This document shows, one piece after another, positions 52,230-63,420 of a stretch of DNA of 64,000 nt. The DNA lies in NCBI RefSeq assembly GCF_004010195.1, contig NC_057723.1:65407903-65471902 (forward strand). The letters are read 5' to 3'. The DNA is from Chiloscyllium plagiosum (lineage: Eukaryota). The number at the start of each line of letters is the position of its first letter. Position 1 is the stretch's first letter. The notes under the pieces were generated by a model. It did no database searches. It was not told the origin of the DNA and saw only the letters and a program-made list of their open reading frames with translations. Both the position numbers and the translations under genes were made by a program.

Positions 52230-52770
52230 CACACAGGAGCAGGAGTGAACCATTCAGGCGAAAGTGGGTACTGCGGGTGCTGGAGATTCGGGTCAAGATT
52301 AGAGTAGTGCTGGAAAAGCACTACAGGTCAGGCAGCATCCAAGGAGCAGGAAACTTTATGTTTCGGGCCAACGCCCCTCATCAGGAATGAGACCTGTAGT
52401 CTATTGTGCCTGCTGCACCATTCAACATGAACATGGGTGATTTTGGGATTCAACTTCACTTTCCTGCCCCCTCCCCATATCACTCAATTCCCTGAGAAAC
52501 ATCTTTTCCATAATTGTATTCAATCATGGAGACTCCAGAACCCTAAATGGCAGAGAATTGCAAAGATTCTCAACATTTAAAGTGATGAAATTTCTCCCCA
52601 TTTCATTCCAAAATTATCAGCCCCTTATGCTGAGACTGTATCCTGTGTTTTAGTTTCACTGATCAGTGGAAGCAATCTCCCAACTTCTACCCCTCCTGGA
52701 TCTTGTATGTCTCAAGGAAATTACCTCTTATTGTTTGAAACTCCAGAGGATATAGACCCAATTGCAATCA
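52230..52770 (-). mobile_element. Old CR1 3' fragment interrupted by a pLTR fragment (about 52255-52390)
   Basis: aggagcaggagtgaaccattc...ccattcaacatga...ggcagagaattgcaaagattc CR1 3' motifs. Confidence 0.7.
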
Positions 52771-54486
52771 TAGAGAAGTCCTTTTCTCTTTTTTCCTTTC
52801 TCCAGTGTCAGGTTATTTTGGCATGATGTGCAATTTGTACTGGATACGTTGACACAAGCACAATGTCAAAGCAACATCTGACCATGAGTTCACCATAACT
52901 GAACTTCGGCAAGTAATGTGATTCTACATCGACCCACAAAGTTTTAATAAAAGCATATATATTGGAAATATTCAGCAAGAGCTGGCAGCATCTATAGAGA
53001 GAGAAACAGTTGACATTTCAAGTCTGTGTTTTTTCTATTACCATGCTTCATCTTTGTGCAAGATGCAATATTACTCTAATCAATTAAAATAAATATCTTA
53101 AATTCATGTGTGATCTTAGAAATGTGGGCAGAGCATTGACTGTTCATTTAGTACTTTGAGTAAAATTCTCAGAAATACATTGATGCAAGTGTGTTTTGCA
53201 TTTTTACTGGCTAATTTCTTTCTTCTGTAAGAAAACGAAAGAGGACCAAGTGAAACTCTTGGGAAATATTTTAAATACTTCTTTCATTACATCTGTTTTC
53301 TTTGCTAAAAGATTCTCCACTGTACACAGAGCTGATATGGTTTAATGTTGATGCCAAAGGGAAAGTTAAATTGAGAAGAAGAAAGTTTATATATTAGTTT
53401 CCTTCAAGAGTCTAATAATACCTCATTTCTGGCCTTATACTCATACCCGGTTACCATCATTTCACGATTAGTGGCTGTGTCTTTAGTTCTCTAAACCCTG
53501 AACTCTGGAATTTCCTTGTTAAGCCACTCTGTCACTCTATCTTTTCTTTCCTCCTTTATAATGGCCTTTCTGTAAACTTTCAGTTATTTACCTGGATATA
53601 TCTGCGTATGAAATTTAATACTCTCCCTTGAGAAAGGTAGGTGGTCAGGAATTTAGGACATGTCACCTTCCCAGTTTTGACCCAAGTTTGGTGCAGGGAG
53701 GTGCGCTGGTGGAGGCCCTTAAGCGTGTGATTAATGCCTCACTCTTCCACTATTGTTATATAACCAGCTGTGGGCAGGGGAGTCGATATGAAGGAAACTC
53801 TCTTGGGATGTGTCACTTGTTTAAACGCACTCGCAGGTGTTGGGAGGGGAGAAGGTTGTGGAGGTCAGACATTGCCTTTCCTGCCATGCCTCCATATTCA
53901 ATGATCCTCATTCTGTCAACGCTCACCTTTGGCTGGGGGAGCTTGGGTGATCCTGGGCTTCTCGTAGATCTAGTCCCGACAGTTCCCACTGCTCCTGCTG
54001 GCACTACCTGCAATGTTCAGAGGCTGGCAGCTCTCAGGGTTTAGCTCTTCTACCCCCCCAATGCTGTTAGTCCCAGGAAAGCCTGCTGCTGTCTATTAAT
54101 TCATTGGACCTAGTCAATGGAGGTGATACAGTGCTGTCAGTTGCTCTCCAGCATGTTGGCAAGGCTTGCCTTCACCTGCATATATTTTGAAGGTCAAATT
54201 CTTTCTCATTACACTCCTGTGGAATGGCTCAGGAGGAATTGATGCTATGTAAAGTTTTTGAGTTGTAAGTCAAAGCTGAAATGCTACTCATCCTTGCCAG
54301 CCTTAGAGACTACACAGTTTTCTGGACTCTTCACTGATGGGCAAGAAAAATTCCAGCCTGACTTCAAACTAAAATCTTTGCTTCTAACTCACAAACTTTA
54401 TACTTTTACCTACAAATCCATGAATCGATTTTGGTGGATTTTTGCATGATTTTCATTTGAAGCATCTCATTATCTTTTTTCCTCAG

Positions 54487-54560
54487 GTTTACGTCCGAAT
54501 ATCTGAAGCTTTGAGTCTAACCGATGAAACACGTGTTCTTGAAACATTTGTGGCAAAAGT
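54487..54560 (+). CDS. RANBP17: RANBP17 internal coding exon (74 bp, starts in phase 0): VYVRISEALSLTDETRVLETFVAK(V)
   Basis: Acceptor ttttttcctcag| and donor |gtgagt. The peptide resembles human RANBP17 VYARMSEVLGITDDNHVLETFMTKI as recalled; VLETF fits RANBP17 better than XPO7 (VLSVF). The phase joins in frame to the next exon. Confidence 0.93.
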
Positions 54561-57381
54561 GTGAGTATGTTTCAAACGAATCCTTTCCCTACTCAGTAAG
54601 GTAATGTATGATGTGGATGCAAGTAAACCATTCACTTCATGACAATCGTAAATACTCTTTTGAGATTAATAATCTTTCTTAATTCATTACATCCTCAAGT
54701 TGTTCATTAATTGTTACAGTGCATTTTTTTGTTTTATTCTTATGCCATTTCCAATTCCCCTAAACATTTCTTAAGTATTTGTAAACCTCTTTAAATAATA
54801 TTTCTCTCCTGAGAATCTCCTGCTGTCTCACCACAAGTAGACACTTTACTTTATTGACGAACTGCATGACATTATTATACATATCATGAATATCATGGAT
54901 GAACCTCTTGGGATCTCCAATGGTTTCAGCTCTCTAATTGAGATACCTGTTGCTAAACATTCTTGTGAGGAACCTTGTCAAATGCTTCATTAAAATCATG
55001 GCAAAAATGTTTACTACTTCCGAAGTTAGTTATGTGCGCAGTGAGATATATCAAAAGGGCTAGGAGCCAGCAGTCCTTGATATCCCACCCAATTCCCAGT
55101 ACTACTGGAATGAATTGGACACACACACACACACACATATCTTCCCCACCATTACCTGGAGAAGTTTGCGACAGTCCTCCACCTCCTCCAGTTAATTAAC
55201 TTGCCTCATGATTTATTGCTTCCTATCTCCATAGCACCTCGCTCTTTGACTTAACCTTTCTCAGTTCTTTATTAAATGGTATCACTAAGGTCCAGGTTTG
55301 TTAATGGCTCTTTCTACTCTCTCTTTGGGTTTGATCAAGAAACTGACACAATAAAAATTGGGAACAATCCCTGCTGCTTAAATAATTGTATAACTAGGAT
55401 GATGTAATGCTGTTATTTCTGGGAATCAGTACCTTTATTAGATGCATTAATGTCAACATAGTGCATGCGATAACAAATTTAACAATGGTAATGCAAGACG
55501 ATGAATATTTCAGAGTTATTCTTTATGACTGTAATGACACAACCAATATATGCTATGTTAATGTAATTTATGTACAACTAAACTCCAAAATGATTAAAAA
55601 GACATTAAACCATGTTTTCATTAAATGTTAGGTGCAGCATTAGGTACAAATTGTTTTCTCAGAGATTCCATTGCAGAAAAAAATGAAACTCTTAAATAAA
55701 CAAAACAGATGAGCTTGATACCTCAAAAAACTTGGCTCCACAATTTTATTTGCGTCACTTTAAAAGCTAAAAAATATCTGAACCATTAAGACCACAAGAG
55801 TAGTTGTTAGTCCATTTCCTTTCGATTAAATTATATTAGGTTATGTTCCCCCAGTGGCCCCAATGATAATAGCAAACAGCATTGTGCAATTGAGCTGTAC
55901 AGAATGTCCTAGGTTTAAGTTCGCGCTCATCAAGTTAACTATTCTCAGCCTGAATGACAGTAGGAGTGCGAGAATTGGCCTCACCAAAACAGGTGAAGGC
56001 TGGAAATCAGACAGCCAATGGTTATCCCAATCCACTGATTCCTGCTAGAAGATGCATTGCTGTTAACTTCAGTTACCATTGAGGCATCCATGTAACACTA
56101 CACACTGACTAACCTGTTGGGGCTTAGAAATTAAAAATGGCAACTTGTACCTGTGGCAGGAGGGAACCAACATCTAGCACAAGTCAGCATTTGCACTTAG
56201 AGGGAGACTAGCAAACAGATACTCATCTTGGAGTCTTTTCCAAGGAGAGTTTTGTTTAGACACTTATTGTTACATTTTTCTTGTCAACATTAACATCTCT
56301 CATAAATCAGCAAGGCTCATATATCAATTTAAGACCTATATATTTACAGCAACAAGTACTTCATCATTATATGTGGATCAGTCACAAGAATGGAAAGCTT
56401 TGGTATAAACCAATGTGGACAAATTATTTGTTGTATAACTTCATTAAAGTTCTAAAATGTCTTGAGTGTTCTCATTTTCCACAGAAGAAATGTCCCTGAT
56501 GTGTTGTTTAACCCAAGTGTTTTCTGATTAAAATCTTCCACTGACATTAAGAAGGATACTTTATGTCTGTAGTGAATAGTGAACTGTGCTGGGATGAGCT
56601 CCATTATAGGTGTTTTTAAACCACTGCAGTGTGAACATACTCACTCATATAGACCTGGGGCCATTTGAGCAATTTTCATTTTGTGCGGTAAACCCTTGCT
56701 AATGCTGCTGTGCCTCAGTGCAATATTCCCATGCTGTAAATAGGTGAGTAGATCCACCCGATTCACTAACATCATCCACTGGAAAGGCATAGTTGAAAGA
56801 AAAGCCCGAGTGGGAAGTACACTCAGGTAGCCAGAAGGTTTGGAATTTGCACATCAGAATATTTTCTAATCAACTTGTTCAGAGAAGTTGTTACACACCT
56901 CTGAAGCAGGTGAGACTTGAACCTGGACCTCTTAGCTCACTGCACCTCAAGAGTCCAAAATTTGCACATTAGAAGCTGATGTATAAGTGCACTGTAGCCC
57001 CTATGGAAACATGATTAAAGGTAACATACAATAATGTAAATGTCAGCCCTGTGGAACATATTTGAAGATGAGGTCACCTGCATGTTCTCTGAATGCTGAA
57101 GTGTAATCTCGTCTGATGTTGCATTAAGGAACTGACTACGACAGCTTAAATGTGTGAAGTCAGTATGTGGATATCTGCCTCCAAAGTGAGAAATGTCAAA
57201 CATGAACATATCTGTAAAATATTTTGATCATGTGCTCTATGTATTGCAAACAGGAAATGAAGAAAGTGTTTTTATGAAGAACGAGAATAAACAAATCACT
57301 TGTTTGTTGCTCCGTCAGTTGACAGTTTTCAGAATTAGATTTCTTCACGTGGTCCAGTAATGAATATCCCTTTTCTTACAG

Positions 57382-57462
57382 TGTCAACAATCTAAAATGC
57401 TGGGGGAGAAGTGAACTGGTAATTTCCAGAACACTGCAGTTTCTTAATGACTTGTCTGTTGG
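57382..57462 (+). CDS. RANBP17: RANBP17 internal coding exon (81 bp, phase 2-2): (V)[27 protein letters not shown]
   Basis: Acceptor cccttttcttacag|. The peptide resembles human RANBP17 [27 protein letters not shown] as recalled. It is in frame with exon 54487-54560 (GT+T = Val). Confidence 0.94.
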
Positions 57463-57472
57463 ATATCCTTTT
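57463..57472 (+). promoter_or_regulatory. U12-type (minor spliceosome) AT-AC intron 5' splice site ATATCCTTTT
   Basis: Perfect RTATCCTT consensus exactly where RANBP17 homology ends (LSVG|). No GT donor sits at this boundary. The matching acceptor was not found in the window. Confidence 0.88.
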
Positions 57473-57589
57473 CATTGATGTCATGGGTGCAGCTACAGGA
57501 GAAAAGGTTAGAGTAATGTGTACTTTGAAAAAATGTACATGTTCTGCGAGAACAAAAACTGTTCACTTGGCAAATGCCTCTTTCCTTTT

Positions 57590-57860
57590 TAGAACATAAA
57601 ACATTTTCGCATAGTACAGGCCCTTCAGCCCTCGATGTTGCACCAACCTATGAAACCAATCTGAAGCCCATCTAACCTGCACTGTTCCATTATCATCCAT
57701 ATATTTATCCAATGACCATTTAAATGCCTTTAATTTTGGCGAGTCTACGACTATTGCAGGCAGGGCATTTCGTGGCCATACTACTCTCTGCATAAAGAAC
57801 CTACCTCTGACATCTGTTCTATATCTATCGCCACTCAATTTAAAGCTTTCTCCTCTTCTC
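57590..57860 (-). mobile_element. CR1 3' end fragment inside the U12 intron
   Basis: GRFFMQRVVWPRNALP...FKWSLDKYM and an agaacat-type tail. Confidence 0.85.
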
Positions 57861-58494
57861 AACTAGGGTCAAATCTAAAGGAAAACTACCTTTTTCAACA
57901 TTGAAGAAAAAGATACAAGGGGTAAAGTAATTGATAAAGTGGGCGATAAAAAGGCTTGGTCACTTCTTGGCCCATTTTAAAAAATCAGTTTATGGGATGT
58001 GGGTATTGCTGGATATTCAGTTAATAAATCTAGAATTTAAATCTGGTCACACTTTTGATCCCTTCAGGAAATTCTTTTAGGTAGTCTGACTGGTTGCAAG
58101 CTGCTCAGGGTTATTTAAGAAAGACCAGGGTATTTTGGAATGTAACCCCCTCTTTCTTACATTATAGTATATTAAACTCTTTCAATAGATTCATGTCCTG
58201 CCATAATGTTGGGCTGATTTGATAGCTTTATTTGTTTCACTAAATGAAAATCTCTCTACTTGGTTCTCCCAAGCACATTATTCCACCTGAGCCAGCAATG
58301 CATTACATTAGTTGTATTTTGTTAAATATCTGTAATTTAGCAAACTAATTCTGATATATATCAGCAATAAGAATTGTTAGAAATGGAAAATGAATGCTCA
58401 TCCAAGGCATGGCATCTAGCTTAAAGACCAACCCTTATCTTTTTCACACATTCCTACATTTGTGACTCTAATTGCTTGTAGGGGAAAGTTTTAC

Positions 58495-58805
58495 TCATGT
58501 GGTAATGTTACTGGACTAGTAACTCAAAGGCAAACACTCTGGACACATGATTTCAATCCAATCATGGCAGCTGTTGGAGTTTGAATTTGGTTAATAAACC
58601 TGGAATGCAAATCTGGTCTCAGTAAGAAAGGAAATCTGCCATCCTCACCTGGTCTGACTTCCATGTGATTCCAGATTCACGCCAATATGATTGACTTTTA
58701 ATTGCCGTATGTGTTTGAGTAACCCACTCAGTTCAAAAGCTATGACAGAAAGCAACAACTGCTAGTGTTACCAGAAACACCCATTTCCCACAAAAGAATA
58801 AAAGA
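58495..58805 (+). mobile_element. tRNA-derived SINE whose 3' tail resembles the LINE tail at 26137-26225
   Basis: gtggtaatgttactggactagtaa head, gaaaggaaatctgccatcctcacctggtctg core and cccatttcccacaaaagaataaaa tail. Confidence 0.6.
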
Positions 58806-60699
58806 ATTTCCATCAGCCATAGGGATCCATTTCTTCAATTCTCCTCATAAATTTGTAGTTAGCTATACTCAATTCTGAGGCTGTTGAGAATTGAGACTGA
58901 ACTGGCTAATTTGGTATATATGAAAGTAAAGGTTAGTGGCAGATTCATATTTCATTCGTGTCTTTTCAGCGGAAGTGAATTTTTCTGGCAGAGGCTCTGA
59001 AGAAACACTTTTCCTTCCATAACTAGTGGACCTATGTAATTTCACAATAAACTGTAAAAATAATATAAACTGGAAAATCTCAGCAGGTCAGACAGCATCT
59101 GTGAGAGAAACAGAGTTAGCATTTCAGGTTGATGACCTTTCTTTAGAGCTGTCTTTTTCAGGATTTCTTTTTTTTTCAATTTCAGATTTCTAGCAACTGT
59201 AATAATTTGCTTTTGTGGTTTTTAATATTTTCTGGATTTTAATTTGCAATGTCTAGAGTGCCTGGGTTATGTTTTTAGATGCATTCAGAAACCTAGCAAG
59301 ATATTTGATCCAGCTGGATCTCAGGAATTTTACATGCTGGTGTTAGCTGAGGATGTTTAGCCTTCCGTTCTTTCTGAACATCACTGGCAATTTAGGGAAG
59401 AAAGACAGAAAGAATCAACCTTTGGAGCTAGGTTCGTCAGTTGGTTACCGTTAAAGGAAGATGTTACCTGTTTATCTCTTAATCTGAGTCACTAGATGAT
59501 ACATTACCACTCATCCAAACTGACAACTGTTAGGTTGTGGAGGGTGTGCTTCAAATGTTTATCAATGTCTAATCACGCTTGGCTCAGGCCTCTGGTGATT
59601 GTAAACAATAGTGTATTAGTCAAGTTATATTGTTCGATAAGAAAGGAAAAGCAATTTTTATAGATATAAAACCTATATATATCTCAGCAAAACGTAAATG
59701 ACTTGAAACAAGTTTTTTTGTTTCTAATGCCGTATTGTTATTAAAGTTAAGTTTTAAACCTTTTGCCCCCCCAAGGCAGACAGTGAAAGCTCCGGAAAGT
59801 AATACCCACCCACTTTTATACTGGAATTTAATATGCAACTTTTTATTGGAAAATAATCGCACTTGTCTGCCAAAATCCACTGTGCAATATTTCTGTTTGT
59901 ATGGGTAATGCAATAAAGGCAGAGGGTGCTATTTATCACTGCAAATTTTGAGGTTTTCAGGATTCTTTTTATTATTTTAATATATTTCCAAGGTATTAAA
60001 TCAAAAAAATGATGAATTACACTTGTCTTTGCTGTGTGGCCATTTTCACCCCAAATACAATACACATCCCAATTTTGGTGGTTATTTTGACTGTTTATGA
60101 TATGTCTGTTATTTTTCTCTGCGAAGTATTGTGAGTGATCTTGAAATAATATTGCCAAAGTAATTTTCATCACTGTTTTCAGAAGTGGTGCACTGCCTAT
60201 ATGTACTTTTCAACTTTTCCCGACATCTGTATTGTATCAATAAGCTTTTTTAGTGAGAGAGGATAAATAGAAAAAGGTGCAGATACTTTACTCATCAAAA
60301 TGTTTGCTTGTTAATTTTGTGTAGATTGGATGAAAATAGTTTGGGACACCTTTCTCATTTGGTCACCTATTGGACAGTTTGAATTATAGAGAGATGCAGA
60401 ACAGTGAGAGTCTATTCCCGCAGTGTATTTGCATATATGGTTAAATGCAGAATGAAGATCCTTTTGCATGAATGCATCAAATGATTCCCAGGGACTTTAT
60501 AACCCAGGTTCGCTATAGAGAAAAGCTTCCTCTGCATTGTCTCATAAAACACTGCCTGGGAAAATGTATCATAGGTAGGTACAGAGTAAATCTCCCATTA
60601 GTCAGTTCCATTGAGCTGGATTATACCCTGAGGGTGGGCTGTACATACATCAGTATAAATATCAAGGGCAAGCTGGCTTCACTTAACTTTTTGCAAGTA

Positions 60700-62760
60700 T
60701 GAGGTGGAACCTCTGTTTGACTTCTGGAGGAAGTCCTGCCTCATAGAGTGGTCGACTAATCAGAGGTTAGCAGCTCCGCACACTGACCGTGTGAGTAGAA
60801 GCAATGGCCAATGCCATTGCTGCAGGCAGACCAAGAAGGTGAGTGACAGCAATGGACAAACACATGCAGGTAAGACCATTATCTTGCTGAGATCAGGCCA
60901 ACAATAGGGAGAAACCTCTAATAAACAGTAGGAATCTACTAAGAGACAGTCCATTGCCACCACACCTCACTTTCACAGGTCAGCTCCCATAGATTTAAAC
61001 CTACTGGACTGCACCCTGAGCGGTGGCCTTTTTTTTGACTGTTAAATGAGAGCAGAACTTACAGGCCTCATTACAGATCAATTGTAATTTTTACTCTCTG
61101 GTCTCTGTGACATTGCGACCTTTGACCTTGAAGCAGTCTGAACAGGAAGTTGAAGCCAGAGTCGTTTGGCCAGACAGAAAGGAGCATTGCCGAACGAAGG
61201 AGAGCTAAAAGCAAGGAAGAGCTTGAGACAGTATGAATTGTGTAGGGGATCTGAGAGATGTGGGATATGGTGACATTTGTTCCAGAATTGAGAAGCCTGT
61301 CTAGACAGCAAGGAGTTGCCAGTTAAGGAGATTATTGCTTGTTAAACTTATTCAGTTTCCTACCTTATCATTAGTTAGACAACGAGAAAGCTGGACAGGG
61401 AATCACGCCGGGTGAATACAGCTTGCCGCTGCTCTCAGAAGTTCCATGTTGCACATTGAGCACCATCATCTCAGGAAACATATGCCCCATGTCCACAGAT
61501 ATTTGAATTTGTTATGCATCAGCCTCTAAGAACCCTCATAACGCTTGTCCAGTCCATTACAAGATGTTTCAAAGCTGCATCAGCAATAATCATTGTTATG
61601 CTGCAGCAAGGGAGAACACACCCACCTCTGTGACTGGAACAAACTGTACCTCTAGGCTCTTTGCTTGTTGTCATAGCACTCTTCTGAACTGAACCTATCT
61701 GGTTGCTTACACAATCCCTTCCCTACATTACCTTGGCCCTTCTGTCAGAGTTATCATGCTCATATTACATCTTTCTTGCTGTATAATTTAGTGTAGACAC
61801 AGAAGAAGAAAGCTTGTCATGGTTGTTGTAGACCTATTAAGGGGAATAGCCTTCAGTCAGGGAGTCCAGGAACAGAGAACCTCCACTAACACTCCATGAG
61901 TTTGGACAGGTTCCGTCAGTTACTCAGTGCAATCAGAGTTTGAATGTTTTCCACCTGACAGATAAGGAACAGAATGTCAGACAGCCACTACTCACCTTGA
62001 ATCTTTTTTTCCTTATTGGGAACTATTTTCCATCTGTCTTGAGAGAGAGAGAGGCAGTTATTACAGGTGATTGAGGCATGGAGATATCCCAAGTGAGTGA
62101 TCAGATAGCGCAGAGAGCATGCAAGCTTAGTGGTGCCAGGGTTTAGAATGGGCAATAGCAAGTGACAGAAGATAATGCAGGCAATAGTGAGAGTGGTAGA
62201 GCATGAGTTTCAGTGGGAGATTGGTATTGAAGCAGAGATCGTCTAAGTGTTAGATATCAGAGAGAAGATGGTGGCCTTTAAAATGAGTGGAGAAGGACAT
62301 TGACATTCTTCATACAGTAATAGACATTTCTCCATGTGGCTGAGACTGGTCTAACCTGGGTAGCGACCTCAAACCAAACTGGCGTAGTCTGTGTTGTAGC
62401 CTCCACTGCTGGTCCCAGGGCAAGAAAAGGTCACTTCTACACCATCCCAGCTGGCAGCTCCTGCTGCTTAGAGGGGCACCAATAACCCCCTATCTGCAAT
62501 GTTGGAAACCATGCAAGGAAGTTCTGAATTGACAGTGCTTGTCCAGGTGCATCACAGACTTTTAGAGATGTAGGCACAAGGGATGCCAGTGAATTCCAGA
62601 ATATCTGCTGAGTGGCACATTATTTTGGTGATGCCACGTGTTAAGATGGGGTCAGACTCAGACATGACAGACACCACGGAGGCAGGCTAGATAGTTATTG
62701 AGTTGAATTTGGTAAGTTATGGCAAGAAATCTCTCAAAGCCTCATCAAAAACTCTCTCAA
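60700..62760. mobile_element. Ancient PIF/Harbinger relic with a Myb/SANT remnant on the minus strand (about 62285-62400)
   Basis: Minus-strand translation QTTPVWFEVATQVRPVSATWRNVYYCMKNVNVLL fits the Harbinger Myb/SANT pattern. Boundaries are uncertain. Confidence 0.5.
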
Positions 62761-63064
62761 AAAAACCTGATGCAGCTTGCACTTAGCCAAACAAAAGTTT
62801 AGCTTCAGCCCAGAAACAGAAATCCGGATAATTCATGTGAAGAGAAGAAGCAAATCACTCTCAGGGAGAAGACAACTTTCGTACTTGAAAGAAAAAGAGA
62901 CAGGAACTCTTAGAGGTACTGTACCAGCTGACTAATAAAGTTCTAAACCATAGAAAGTTATGTGAATAGCTCAGACCTGCTTTAGAGCTGGGTGTTTCTC
63001 CAGAAGATGCCAAATCATAAACTGACAATTGAAAATGAAACCTGGAAAGCTGCACCATTAGTGT

Positions 63065-63420
63065 TGTTATGATCCCAAGGAGCCAAAAGTTTGTCGAAGG
63101 ATTTCCTACTTTGGAGGGGTTGAAAACTGTTGATAAGACCCCTGACCTGAATAAAACAAAACATCATGGAACTTCATAATGGCACAGTTAATAGGAATGC
63201 TTGTGTTGTACCTTCATTGCGTAAACTTAAGTAAAATTGACCTTTTAATTTGAAGTCTTATCCATGTTGTATTTTTATTGGTTCTGTTTTGTGTTAAAGA
63301 TATGAAAGTAAAACCATGTTGTTAATTTCTTCATATGGGAATCATTCAGTAAATATGGTATTTTAGTTTACCCACGGGAATAACAATCCAGGGTAGTCCT
63401 CCTCAAGCACTGTCACAACA
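63065..63420 (+). mobile_element. Possible solo LTR
   Basis: Termini TGTTATGA...TCACAACA form an imperfect inverted repeat; internal AATAAA. Confidence 0.35.

Larger units (their letters stand above)
1..54486 (+). other. RANBP17: 3' portion (>54 kb) of a very large RANBP17 intron
   Basis: No upstream RANBP17-like coding exon was found by eye in 1-54486. The region consists of TE relics and non-coding blocks. Confidence 0.7.

Noticed and set aside
52780-52917. Strong polypyrimidine tract + AG (52805) with a weak downstream donor, a possible poison exon
   Set aside because: The donor (caa|gtaatg) is weak, there is an early stop and no homology. It cannot be supported without RNA data.
57364-57374. 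ATATCCCTTTT just upstream of the exon, resembling a second U12 donor
   Set aside because: It mismatches the RTATCCTT core and is part of the polypyrimidine tract of a normal GT-AG intron.
54487-57462. Alternative assignment of the exons to XPO7
   Set aside because: Residues VLETF and [15 protein letters not shown] match RANBP17 as recalled, whereas XPO7 has VLSVF and ITSKTLQLLNDLSIG. A BLAST search would settle it.
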